Counted from the stretch's first letter, positions 42,130 through 51,762 are shown. The stretch is 64,000 bases of DNA from Minisyncoccota bacterium (GCA_021734945.1 JAIPIA010000003.1:92895-156894); one strand, 5' to 3'. Program-made: numbers and translations. Notes: a model not told the origin generated them from the sequence alone.

Positions 42130-42160
42130 CGAAAAATGACCCTTTTTAGGGGTCATTTTG
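42130..42160. terminator. 10-bp hairpin aaaatgaccc / gggtcatttt ending the minus-strand membrane-protein gene and insulating the rRNA promoter
   Basis: Inverted repeat read from the sequence. A second small hairpin tagccta/agggcta lies at 42100..42120. Confidence 0.5.
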
Positions 42161-42226
42161 CGGTCTGATACATAAAGTAGGCTTACTACGATGTATTAGA
42201 CTAGTTTTTTCTTAACTTATCTTTAT

Positions 42227-42991
42227 TTATCTTTTAGAAATATCAGATAGTGATTTTTCTAAGATTCGAGCAGCTACCTCCTTTCCGCCTAGACCAAACG
42301 CAAGTCCGAAAGCAAGAGAAAACGCTACTACTATACCTATGAACAAAATCTGTACTAGAGCTGAAGCAATATCAAGCTGTACTAAGGCTGTAAGAACAGC
42401 AAATACAACGATAGCCCACTTTGTAATAGATCCGAGTACTTTAGATGAAGTAATATGTGCATTTGCAGCAGCACCAGAAACAACCTTTTTTGCAACTTCT
42501 CCAATAATCACTGATACGAGAAGAATAAGAATTGAGGCAATTACTCGTGGTAAGTATCCGACAATAATAGTCTCTAGATAATTACTCACATCTACAAGTC
42601 CAAAGACTTTTAGTGCCGCGAGGAAGAATACTGCAATAACAAACCATCGAATTAAACCTCCTACAAAAGCACCTGAATTTAACTTGATATCCCCTTTATT
42701 GAGAGGACCTTCAATTCCTGCTTGTCTCAAAATATTATCAATCTTGAGAGTTACAAATAGTTTTTCGACTAGACCGTCTAAAAAAGCGCCCAATATCCAA
42801 CCTACTGCAAATATAATTATTGCAGCTAAAAGGTATGCACCAAATTGTAAGAAAGCTGGAGCAAAACCTGAAAAAGCTGTACTCAACGCGTCACCCCAAG
42901 TCTGAATAATTGTCATGTGTTTTAGTGAAATCATACTGCACAATGTTTGACCGTAAGGTATCAAATTGAAACCCTGCAACCAGAACTCCAC
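42227..42991 (-). CDS. Membrane protein with repeated conserved-TM-helix modules (MscS-associated TM_helix-like); alternative start at 42916
   Basis: Five or six hydrophobic helices with repeated G/A-rich LxxAxxIxxVGW patterns. Confidence 0.45.
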   Translation of the reverse strand: MEFWLQGFNLIPYGQTLCSMISLKHMTIIQTWGDALSTAFSGFAPAFLQFGAYLLAAIIIFAVGWILGAFLDGLVEKLFVTLKIDNILRQAGIEGPLNKGDIKLNSGAFVGGLIRWFVIAVFFLAALKVFGLVDVSNYLETIIVGYLPRVIASILILLVSVIIGEVAKKVVSGAAANAHITSSKVLGSITKWAIVVFAVLTALVQLDIASALVQILFIGIVVAFSLAFGLAFGLGGKEVAARILEKSLSDISKR

Positions 42992-43110
42992 TTGTACAAA
43001 TATAAATCTTATTAATTAGTATGTAATATGTGGCCAAAGGCCTTGAAGTTAAACTTCAAATGGGGCGACTACCCCTGTAGCATTATTATATCATTTTTTT
43101 CACAAGGAAA

Positions 43111-43686
43111 TTATTGAAGTACACCAAGTTTGTCGAGCACGATTTCGTGAGGATAATCTAATACGTCACGGATAAGTCTATCTCCGACGCCAAGTCTGTA
43201 TTTAAAATCTTCACTATCAAGCACAGCAAACCTTATCTCCTTTCCTATATCCGCCTCAATAGATGCCATAACCGCATCAGCTGTACTTTTCTTTGCACCC
43301 TCGGCAACTACGAGTATGTCTATCCTCCCCTCTGTCAGTTCTTTAAATATTCCTGAAAACACAACAAACTTCAATTTACCAATTTTTGAAAGTTTCTTTA
43401 GAATTGGTTTTGAATTTTTAAGACTAGTATCAAGGAGTAATCTTTGAAATTCATGTAAATAAGTAAACTTATCATTTAGGTACCACACGACTTTATTGCC
43501 CCTTGTAGATCTTTTGATAAGCTCCGCTTTTGCTAAAAAATTGAGTTCTGCTCGTGTCTTTGAAATATCTATCTTAGATCTCTCTGCCACGTCAGCAGTT
43601 TCAAAATAAAGTACTGGATTAAAAAGAAAGAGTCTCATTAGTTTTACTCTATGCGCTCCCCCAAAAATTTTCTCTAGTGTGTCCAT
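43111..43686 (-). CDS. Hypothetical protein with a winged-helix-like N-terminus and an alpha/beta C-terminal domain
   Basis: HRVKLMRLFLFNPVLYFETADVAERSKIDISKTRAELNFLAKAELI looks MarR/ArsR-like. The rest is uncharacterised. Confidence 0.4.
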   Translation of the reverse strand: MDTLEKIFGGAHRVKLMRLFLFNPVLYFETADVAERSKIDISKTRAELNFLAKAELIKRSTRGNKVVWYLNDKFTYLHEFQRLLLDTSLKNSKPILKKLSKIGKLKFVVFSGIFKELTEGRIDILVVAEGAKKSTADAVMASIEADIGKEIRFAVLDSEDFKYRLGVGDRLIRDVLDYPHEIVLDKLGVLQ

Positions 43687-43897
43687 CTGATGTATCTGTA
43701 AAAGTTATGCTGTTAAAAATGTAAGTACCTGATTTTGCGATTCTATGCTTTTGTTCTTTTTCTCGCTTTTGCGCACCTGCCTATTGTGTACTAAATGTAG
43801 CATATTTTTGGAATGACTTGTAGGGACAACCTTATAGAGGTACTATTGCGTCAGGATAGGACACCGACAACAACAAACACACAAAGGAGACTACGCC

Positions 43898-44407
43898 ATG
43901 CCTGCACAAATTAATCCCAAAGTTAACCGTTACCGCCGTTTTAATGGCCTACGTGTAGAACGAGCAAAAATTAGAGATGTGAAGGAAGCTGAGTGGATGA
44001 AAGGTCAATTTCTCAATGAGATAAGCCGAGCGCTACTTAAAAATGATGAACGAGAAACACCTTCGAGATTCATCCATGTTTTCGAAATCATGATGAAACC
44101 GCGAACTTTCGTTCCGTTTCACACTCACCGAAACGACGTGCGATTGCTTCACCTAGTGCCTGAGAGGGACACTGTTGAACTTTGGGCTGCTGGCGAAGGA
44201 GAGGTACCATCAAAACTCGGCACTTTCAGCTCCACATTTCGTCAAGAGATGGATTTCAATGGTGGAACGTACTATGCTTTAGTGAACTCAAGTCAGACGA
44301 AACAGACCATTACTTGCATATGCTTTTACGACAATCCAAATCAGATCATAGAAGACATCTGGCTTGAGTCCAGTCCACCCGAAGGAACCATAATTGGTGT
44401 GGTTTAA
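43898..44407 (+). CDS. Hypothetical cupin-like protein
   Basis: PFHTHRNDVRLLHLVPERDTVELWAAGEG resembles cupin motif 1 (HxH...E...G). Confidence 0.4.
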   Translation: MPAQINPKVNRYRRFNGLRVERAKIRDVKEAEWMKGQFLNEISRALLKNDERETPSRFIHVFEIMMKPRTFVPFHTHRNDVRLLHLVPERDTVELWAAGEGEVPSKLGTFSSTFRQEMDFNGGTYYALVNSSQTKQTITCICFYDNPNQIIEDIWLESSPPEGTIIGVV

Positions 44408-44452
44408 TCTCTGCACTTTAGAATAAGGGCTATACTCTACTAACCTCAACTA

Positions 44453-44495
44453 CCCCATCGAAGAAGTCCCCATGACTTCTTCGATGGGGCTTTTT
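44453..44495 (+). terminator. Strong intrinsic terminator: 15-bp stem ccccatcgaagaagt / acttcttcgatgggg followed by T5
   Basis: Perfect inverted repeat read from the sequence, 46 nt after the stop of the cupin-like gene. Confidence 0.6.
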
Positions 44496-44531
44496 CAATA
44501 AATTATCTTACAAAAGTGCAAAACAAGAAAA

Positions 44532-44577
44532 CAAAAAAGCCCTGTATGGATGTAATTCCGGATACAAGGCTTTTTTG
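44532..44577. terminator. Bidirectional terminator after rplL (A6-hairpin-T6)
   Basis: aaaaaaGCCCTGTAT...ATACAAGGCtttttt. Confidence 0.5.
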
Positions 44578-44596
44578 TTTTAGGTTTGAGTTTGAA

Positions 44597-45004
44597 CTAT
44601 TTAAGTTCAACCTTTCCACCAGCGTCTTCAATCTGCTTCTTGAGAGCGTCAGCTTCTTCCTTCTTAAGACCTTCCTTAAGGACTGTAGGAGCAGCATCAA
44701 CGAGATCCTTAGCTTCCTTAAGACCGAGAGCAAGAGCTTCTTTTACAACCTTGATGATTGCAATCTTGTTAGCACCTGCGTCTGTAAGGTGAACATTGAA
44801 TGAAGATTTCTCTTCAGCTGCTGCACCTGCTGCGGCTGGACCAGCTACGGCTACTGCAGCTGCTGATACACCGAATTTCTTTTCTAAGAATTTAACAAGT
44901 TCGTGAAGCTCGATAACAGTCATCTTTTCGATGGCTTCTACCACTGTCTTGAACTGTGCTGGAGTTTCTACAACTTCAGCTGTTGTTGTTTCGTTTTCTG
45001 ACAT
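44597..45004 (-). CDS. rplL: 50S ribosomal protein L7/L12
   Basis: An Ala-rich hinge and the C-terminal ...[22 protein letters not shown]...[21 protein letters not shown]. Confidence 0.9.
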   Translation of the reverse strand: MSENETTTAEVVETPAQFKTVVEAIEKMTVIELHELVKFLEKKFGVSAAAVAVAGPAAAGAAAEEKSSFNVHLTDAGANKIAIIKVVKEALALGLKEAKDLVDAAPTVLKEGLKKEEADALKKQIEDAGGKVELK

Positions 45005-45104
45005 TTGATTTAAATTAATTTAATTATTTTTTAATAGCTATATATTGGCGAACATTGTTGCTTCCAATATGTTGCTCTGACTTTCATACAATCTATCTCT
45101 TTTC

Positions 45105-45593
45105 CTACTGCTTCTTTTCTGCAATCGCATTGAGAGCGAGAACAAAACCTTGGATTGGAGAATTGATGATGTTGACGAACTGAGCGTACAAAGTTTTCTG
45201 AGAAGGAATGAGAGCAATAGACTCCATTTCTTCCTTATTTTTGTACAAACCGTTGAATACTCCTCCGAGGATAGATACTCGTCCATCGAGCTTCTTTTGG
45301 AAGTCGTAGATTTCTCGAGCTGGTGCCAATAGATCAGCACTGTATACGAGAGCGAGTTCACCATCGAGCTTAGGAATTTCTCCTGAGTATGCAGCTTCAG
45401 TAAGAGCTCTCTTTGTAAGAGTCTTCTTGGCTACAGTAAAGTTTACATCTTTTGATCGAAGTTCTTTTCGGATAGTTGTTGATTCAGAAACAGGAAGCTT
45501 GTGAAAATTCACAAACACTACTGATTTTGAAGTGTTCAAAATATCTTTTACAGAAGCAACAATCTCTTGTTTTTTCTGTTTGGTAATTGCCAT
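45105..45593 (-). CDS. rplJ: 50S ribosomal protein L10
   Basis: The L10 signature and a position immediately upstream of rplL. Confidence 0.9.
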   Translation of the reverse strand: MAITKQKKQEIVASVKDILNTSKSVVFVNFHKLPVSESTTIRKELRSKDVNFTVAKKTLTKRALTEAAYSGEIPKLDGELALVYSADLLAPAREIYDFQKKLDGRVSILGGVFNGLYKNKEEMESIALIPSQKTLYAQFVNIINSPIQGFVLALNAIAEKKQ

Positions 45594-45860
45594 AATTTGT
45601 ATTTTTAGGGTACTAGTAATCGTAGCTTTGAATTAGGTAACAGTAATTAGACCATTAATCTAAATCAAGACGTTCGACCGAAAGGAAATCAAGAAGGAGG
45701 GGTGATTTTGTGTAATCCGTAACGTTAAGCTACATATCTCACAATTTCGACCTCTGCACAGGGCTTATGGAATGCCTATGGTCTTCGAAGCCTTTCGATA
45801 TGAGATTACCAGATTCTTAAGTAAAGTCAATGCTCTCATAATCACCTACCCAATCCATAT
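45594..45860 (-). promoter_or_regulatory. 266-nt rplJ 5' leader; candidate L10(L12)4 autoregulatory leader
   Basis: A long untranslated region before rplJ with local hairpins such as tcgaa-aggc-ttcga. L10 leaders are a well-known regulatory element. Confidence 0.3.
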
Positions 45861-48800
45861 CTAGTATCCAAAAGCTCTACTCAGCTGTGCGAATTGAGTG
45901 TATAGAAAAGCAGCTTCTGACCTAGTCATTCCACCTTTATAATATAGCGACTTTCTCCTATTTAGATCCTTTATTATTGAACCTAGGCTTATCGTAGTGT
46001 CTCTTGAATAGAGCTTGGCTAAACGTATTTTGGACTCCGTAGAAATTTTATAATTTTTCTCAATTGCATTTAATTTCAATAAGTATCGTTGTTTAAAATT
46101 TGCCCGTATCCCCGATTTCTGAATTTCTATACGAATGAGGCTAATCAAATACAATATGTCGACTGGCTCGTTATCCTGAATATAGGATACTTGATTAGTT
46201 GAATTAGTGGGTGAACCAACATTGGTACTAGTTGAATATTGTTGATTTACTTCATAAATAACTGTGTTTGAATATACGCCCGCATACTCATTGGTAACCC
46301 TCATCTCAACGGTAGGTAGTCCTGCTGTACTAGAAGAATTATCTATTCGCACTTCAACAGATGAATATGCTGTTATTGGAATATTTTCAAAAGAGGCAAG
46401 GACAATTGAACCACTCTGAGCATTTTGGTTTATTGAACCATCTGAATCTAGCAAACCACTCGGTGGTAAAATCTGTTCTATTTTAAAGTTTATTTTAATC
46501 TCATCTAAAATAAAACCTGCTGATTGGACAGTATCAATCAAGCCTTGATTTGGCTTTAGATACACACTACTCGGGAGAGTTTCGCTATTAATATAATATG
46601 ATTCACCAACATGTGAAAAGTTACTATTTGGTAAACTATTCTTTATCGGCTGAATATCAGAAACTGAAACCTTAGTATTGGTGCCCTCCTCGGGATTTAT
46701 GAGGGGAAAATATATACCCACTTTATTTTCATATTTGTCTTTTGCAGACATTAAAAGAATATCACTAGCTGAAATTCTATACTTACTATCACCATAGACA
46801 TCACTTAGTATTGAATTATCAATAGTAATGCTAGTATTTTCACCTCCCTCACCAAGTGACACATCCCCTCCCATTCGGCCACCTCCATGTTTAGTCATAT
46901 AAGCTGGTATAGAATATTGTCCTATGTTATTTAACATAATCTGCATAAGGGTACTTATTATCGGTGGTGTTGAAATTATATTTGCATGTGTATAATTTTT
47001 ATTATTTTTTCTATTATATTCGCCTAAATTGAATATATATTTTTCACCCCAGCGACCGCCTTGGTTTAGTAAGGGATTAATCTGTTGCTCTTGAATGCTG
47101 AATACGTCTTCCGCAAGCACGGTTCCATCACCAACTGCAGAATAAATCGGCGTATGATCCAAACCACAATTTGGTGACATAAGCCACGGATGAGTATATA
47201 TGCTCTGGCAAGGCTTTTTAACATATCTGATGCTCTTTAATGTATCTACACCTACTCCGAGAATATTATAAAATTCTATATTTTTATATAGAGAGTCGGA
47301 TTGAGGTTTTACAAAAGAGGAGCCCAACTCGATATCAATGTTTTGTTTTATTTTTTTATTTGCAACAAGTGGAACATTAGTTTCTATTGTGTCTATCGTA
47401 CTCGGTCTCGCCATTTCTTTAAACAAAAACTTATACATATCTATGACTGAATTAATATCCGGCACACCTACAGAAATAGTATTTGTTGCTTGTACACCAT
47501 ATATGAGGTTTGAATCTATTTTTGGAAGGAGTGAATAGACTGATGGCATATTCTGTGCAAATTTCCTCATTGTATTTTTATTAACAATAAAGCCACCACC
47601 TATATCTTGATTGTCGCCATGCAGGAGTGCAAACAAAGCAGATGGCGACCCATTCTCAGGCACAGCGACAAAAATGACTTTATCTATTAGACCTATTTTG
47701 TTTCTTTGGGCTAAGTAGGTTAAAAATCTTTTACTGACCAGTCCGCCATAACTATGAGCAATGAGCGTAACTTTTCCAGTTTTTGAAGACAATGCCATTT
47801 GATCTATCTGACTTTCCATTTTCTTGTATTGCCCATTAAAACCATATCTCGTACCCTCAGTTACAATTGTATTGGGTGACATCCTCCAGTCATATGCGGC
47901 AAATTGCCAATCATTTATAGAGTAATTAACATTTAAGCCATCGAGTGACTTTAGAAAACTTTTGTATATTTCGATATCATCATTTCCACCCAATGCAATA
48001 TTTGTCCTATCAATAATATCCCTGAAATACAAACTTTTATCCATAGAATAACCATCGTTTGTAAGATACAACTTTGATATATCAGAGTTTGAATTCGGTT
48101 CCCAAAGTTGATTTTCAGTAAAAGTATTCTTTTTATAAATTCGACTGCCTTGGATACCTGGTATAAACAAAATGTTTGAACAGCAAGTCACTTTCTTTTT
48201 TGGTTTTAATTGTTTCCACGGACTTACGCCTGCTGTGCCTACGTAAGAGTCGCCATTCCCTGTTGGGTTTATTTGGATATTATATGGACCAGTCTCACTT
48301 CCCCACCAATTACCTGTAGCTATTACTTCTCCTCCGTATATTATTGCTCCATGTTCAGTATTTCCAAATATTTCACTCTCTGAAATATGTATATTTGAGA
48401 CATAGGATTCAATGCCAACTTTATTTTTTGTAAAAGCACTATTAGATATTTCTAAATATGCATTTGAAAATGTCGATATTGCTGAACCTGTCAAACCCTC
48501 AAAAGTGGTCAATTCAACTTTTCCATATGTTTTATTGAATATCTCAATTGCCTTTTGGGTATGTACACTTTCCACACCAGAGACAGTAACAGCTTCAGAT
48601 TTACCCTTGATCAAAGAATCACTCATAAATAGAGTTGACTGCGTACTTGGACTATTTTGAGGATTGTTGCCATCATAAATAAGAATTGATGTTTGATACC
48701 CAACACCCGACAAAGAAGAGTTCATAACTGAAATAGAACTTTGATTAAAAATTTCTAGTCCTACTCCAGAGGACACATTTTCAAACATGCTGTCTTTAAT

Positions 48801-49313
48801 ACTCAAGACCGAACCATTAAACACAGTAATAGTACTTGGACCATCAACAGCACCAACATCTTTTATTTGAACATCATTCATCAGTACTGTTGAACTAGAA
48901 TATGCGTCTACTAAACCGCCTGTCTCTCTGATACTAGTATGACTCATCGACAGCTCACCTCCGATAACCGTAATGGCTTTTTGTATTGAAGGATGACTTG
49001 AGATTCCTTCTGAATAAAACAATGGGTTCTTTATAGTGATTGGAAAGCCCTCTTCTCCTTGAAAGACGAGTCTCCCTCTAACTGTAATTGATCCTTCTAT
49101 AAACACCTGCGAACCCTTTTCTATAGTGAGGCTAACACCCTTAGGAATAGAACTAACCCCCTCAAAATAATATGGACCATTTACCTGCCTCAATACAGTA
49201 TTTTGAGTAAATATTTTACTTTCATATCTTGTCTCACCGCGAACGATATCATGAGGGACAAAAAGGATGACAATACATAATATAGAAAAGAAAAAGATAT
49301 GTTTTTTATACAT
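45861..49313 (-). CDS. Large secreted multidomain protein (1150 aa): signal peptide, parallel beta-helix repeats, alpha/beta-hydrolase lipase domain, and a C-terminal beta-rich region
   Basis: Signal MYKKHIFFFSILCIVILFV. Repeated N-x-S/T-I-x-V beta-helix rungs. Nucleophile elbow VTLIAHSYGGLV (GxSxG). Confidence 0.65.
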   Translation of the reverse strand: MYKKHIFFFSILCIVILFVPHDIVRGETRYESKIFTQNTVLRQVNGPYYFEGVSSIPKGVSLTIEKGSQVFIEGSITVRGRLVFQGEEGFPITIKNPLFYSEGISSHPSIQKAITVIGGELSMSHTSIRETGGLVDAYSSSTVLMNDVQIKDVGAVDGPSTITVFNGSVLSIKDSMFENVSSGVGLEIFNQSSISVMNSSLSGVGYQTSILIYDGNNPQNSPSTQSTLFMSDSLIKGKSEAVTVSGVESVHTQKAIEIFNKTYGKVELTTFEGLTGSAISTFSNAYLEISNSAFTKNKVGIESYVSNIHISESEIFGNTEHGAIIYGGEVIATGNWWGSETGPYNIQINPTGNGDSYVGTAGVSPWKQLKPKKKVTCCSNILFIPGIQGSRIYKKNTFTENQLWEPNSNSDISKLYLTNDGYSMDKSLYFRDIIDRTNIALGGNDDIEIYKSFLKSLDGLNVNYSINDWQFAAYDWRMSPNTIVTEGTRYGFNGQYKKMESQIDQMALSSKTGKVTLIAHSYGGLVSKRFLTYLAQRNKIGLIDKVIFVAVPENGSPSALFALLHGDNQDIGGGFIVNKNTMRKFAQNMPSVYSLLPKIDSNLIYGVQATNTISVGVPDINSVIDMYKFLFKEMARPSTIDTIETNVPLVANKKIKQNIDIELGSSFVKPQSDSLYKNIEFYNILGVGVDTLKSIRYVKKPCQSIYTHPWLMSPNCGLDHTPIYSAVGDGTVLAEDVFSIQEQQINPLLNQGGRWGEKYIFNLGEYNRKNNKNYTHANIISTPPIISTLMQIMLNNIGQYSIPAYMTKHGGGRMGGDVSLGEGGENTSITIDNSILSDVYGDSKYRISASDILLMSAKDKYENKVGIYFPLINPEEGTNTKVSVSDIQPIKNSLPNSNFSHVGESYYINSETLPSSVYLKPNQGLIDTVQSAGFILDEIKINFKIEQILPPSGLLDSDGSINQNAQSGSIVLASFENIPITAYSSVEVRIDNSSSTAGLPTVEMRVTNEYAGVYSNTVIYEVNQQYSTSTNVGSPTNSTNQVSYIQDNEPVDILYLISLIRIEIQKSGIRANFKQRYLLKLNAIEKNYKISTESKIRLAKLYSRDTTISLGSIIKDLNRRKSLYYKGGMTRSEAAFLYTQFAQLSRAFGY

Positions 49314-49661
49314 ACCTAAAATATACTTACAACCTATTAAGTCTTGGTAAATTTTTGATAAAATTTAAACCACTACCTCTCATAGTTATTAGCTAACTTA
49401 TCATTATCCAATAGCTAGCCACTACAGTTACTTAGATTGGACACTCGAAACCTCACTACTAGAATCACTTATATGAGACGTACCCGCAATAATAAAAACT
49501 AAAAATCCTAAGATGAGAAGCCCCAGAAAACCACTTATGAGTTTAAAAGATGTTGAATCAAACATATTACTTATATTCTAGCATATATTAAAACCTAAAT
49601 TTGTAGCTCTAATTACTTAGATTTTTCAATTTCAGCATATCCCCAGAAAATTAGCCAACAC

Positions 49662-49693
49662 AAAAACCCGCCCTCTTTCGAGAACGGGTTTTT
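49662..49693 (-). terminator. Intrinsic terminator after the 612-aa surface-protein gene. It shares the loop CCCTCTTTCGAGAA with the terminator at 59165
   Basis: aaaaacccg-CCCTCTTTCGAGAA-cgggttttt. Confidence 0.5.
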
Positions 49694-49749
49694 GTTAGAG
49701 ATGTTAGCTTGTGGGTATCTTTCGATACTTGAGAGCTACCAACAACTTA

Positions 49750-51588
49750 TTACTTAGCGAAGTATGAAGTTGAAGGTGTCTTGATGTCATCAAGACCCCA
49801 TGTCTGTGAAACCTGAGAACCAGTTGTAGTTCCCCAGTTAATCTGTGAGATAACGAAACCGTACTGACCTGAGTGAACTACTGAACCAGTACCGAGTGTT
49901 GCTGTCACTGAAACCTGAGCTGTTGAGCCATCAGATACATTGTTGTTTGGAATAACAACAGGTGCACCTACAGCTGTAGCGATAGGGTTAGCAGTACTTG
50001 TAGCAGCTACGATTGTAAAGTCAGCGGCAACAGGCTGTTTGATTGTACCTCCGAGTGCAGTTACATTGAATGTGAATGTAGCTGTCATTTCAGTTGTAGA
50101 ACCGTTCTGGTTTGTTGTCTTTGAGATTGTAGGTGTTCCAGCGAGTGTCCACTGAGCAGCTGTCTTGTATACATAGTGGTATACACCGTAAACTGGAGTA
50201 GAAACTGAAGCTGATGTTCCGTTTGGCTTTTCAAATGTTACAGATGCAACAGATGTAGAAGCTGAACTTCCGTCAGCAGCTGATGAAGACCAGTTACCCT
50301 TAAGAGTAAGTGTCTTTGTCACATCCTGACCAACTACGATTGACTCGAGGTTGTTGAATGTAACTGTACCTGCTGCGTTTTCAGAACCAATCTTTGTTGA
50401 TCCATCCCAAAGTTCTACAGTTTGTAGAGCTGAAGTAGTTGTAGCAACGTTAACAACGAGACTCTGGAGCTTTGAAGCACCTGTTTCTGACTTAACATTG
50501 AATGTTAAGAGAGGAACATTTTCAACACCGTTTGTAGGGTTGATTCGATAGTTTTGTGATCGAAGTGGTGATGACGCTGCAGAAAGTGTCAATGTTGATG
50601 AACCTGGCTTCTTGAATGTGTGTGTTCGTGTCAAAGCATCAAGTGAGTAGAAAGATGAAACGCCGTTTCCAGAAACTGCTCGGAGTGAGTTTGTTCTGTA
50701 ACCGTCGATAACAACTGTTCGGTCTGTATCAATTGAGTTTGTTGAGAATGAAACAACAAGAGTCTTAACTGAGTTTGCAGGAAGAACAAAGTTCAAGCCT
50801 GAAATTCGAGCGTAGTAATCCTGGTTTGAATCCTTTGTGAAAGTTGTACTGTTCACAGGGATTGTAGCAACAACACTTGAACCATCCCAAACCTTGATTG
50901 TGTTAATCAAAGTTGAAGGGTTTTCAGAACCACCTGTTGTAGGAGTTACTGAAACCTGGAGGTCAAGAGTCTGAACTACCATGTCAGCGATTTTACCTCG
51001 GAGTTCGATACCGTATACAGGAACATCAGTTGATGTCTGGATATTAGCCTCGTTTGAAGGTGTCGCTGCAAGCTTCTGATCAAGAGTTCCTTCTACACCA
51101 CTTGTTACAACTGGAGTTGTAACTGTAGTAGTTGTACAAGCAGCACCTGTCATACTATTGAACATAGCGCCTGCTGGGCAACCTGCTACTGTAGTAGTAG
51201 TTGTACAAGCAGCACCTGTCATGTAGTCAAACATAGCGCCTGGTCGTGAACATGCACCTGTTGCAGTTGATACACTTGAACCATCAGCGTTAGCTGCTGC
51301 TCGAGTGAGAGGACCGAAGTAACCTGAAGCTGGAGTTACATTCTTTGAAATCTGGAATGCAACAACTGCTGACTTAGTAAGACCACCAAAGTATCCCTTA
51401 GCAACACCTGATGGCATTGTTAGGAGACCCTTTGATTCAAGGTATGACTGTAGAGCTACTACGTCAGCACCTCGTGAACCTATAGTAAGGTTCGTGTTGA
51501 AAGCGTTTGACATTGACTGAGCAGAAACTGCAGAAACTGCAGAGAAAGCGAAGGCAACAGCAAGAGCTATTGAGAAAATTTTCTTCAT
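49750..51588 (-). CDS. Cell-surface protein: signal peptide, peptidoglycan-binding domain (PG_binding_1-like), duplicated Cys-pair module, and a long Ig-like/beta-rich region
   Basis: Signal MKKIFSIALAVAFAFSAVSAVSA. The PG-binding block is SRGADVVALQSYLESKGLL...YFGGLTKSAVVAFQ. The duplication is TGACSRPGAMFDYMTGAACTTTTT / AGCPAGAMFNSMTGAACTTTT. Confidence 0.6.
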   Translation of the reverse strand: MKKIFSIALAVAFAFSAVSAVSAQSMSNAFNTNLTIGSRGADVVALQSYLESKGLLTMPSGVAKGYFGGLTKSAVVAFQISKNVTPASGYFGPLTRAAANADGSSVSTATGACSRPGAMFDYMTGAACTTTTTVAGCPAGAMFNSMTGAACTTTTVTTPVVTSGVEGTLDQKLAATPSNEANIQTSTDVPVYGIELRGKIADMVVQTLDLQVSVTPTTGGSENPSTLINTIKVWDGSSVVATIPVNSTTFTKDSNQDYYARISGLNFVLPANSVKTLVVSFSTNSIDTDRTVVIDGYRTNSLRAVSGNGVSSFYSLDALTRTHTFKKPGSSTLTLSAASSPLRSQNYRINPTNGVENVPLLTFNVKSETGASKLQSLVVNVATTTSALQTVELWDGSTKIGSENAAGTVTFNNLESIVVGQDVTKTLTLKGNWSSSAADGSSASTSVASVTFEKPNGTSASVSTPVYGVYHYVYKTAAQWTLAGTPTISKTTNQNGSTTEMTATFTFNVTALGGTIKQPVAADFTIVAATSTANPIATAVGAPVVIPNNNVSDGSTAQVSVTATLGTGSVVHSGQYGFVISQINWGTTTGSQVSQTWGLDDIKTPSTSYFAK

Positions 51589-51687
51589 ATATATAATGAT
51601 AATTTGATTAAAGAAAGATGCTATCTACATTAATTGTTAAACAATTGATAATGTGTAGAATCACATAAATCTTCGGGTTAAACTAAC

Positions 51688-51762
51688 CTGGCGAACCCGT
51701 ACTGCAACTGAATTGAAAGATTGAACTTATTCAATGTCAGTACGGGTTCGCCATTTTTTTTA
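51688..51762 (+). terminator. Orphan plus-strand terminator-like structure: 15-bp stem ggcgaacccgtactg / cagtacgggttcgcc plus T8, with an upstream competing pairing cgggtt / aacccg
   Basis: Read from the sequence. No plus-strand ORF of 60 aa or more lies within 2 kb upstream. Confidence 0.4.

Noticed and set aside
45038-45364. 108-aa minus-strand ORF overlapping rplJ out of frame
   Set aside because: The rplJ frame gives a canonical L10. The alternative frame is Ser/Leu-rich noise.
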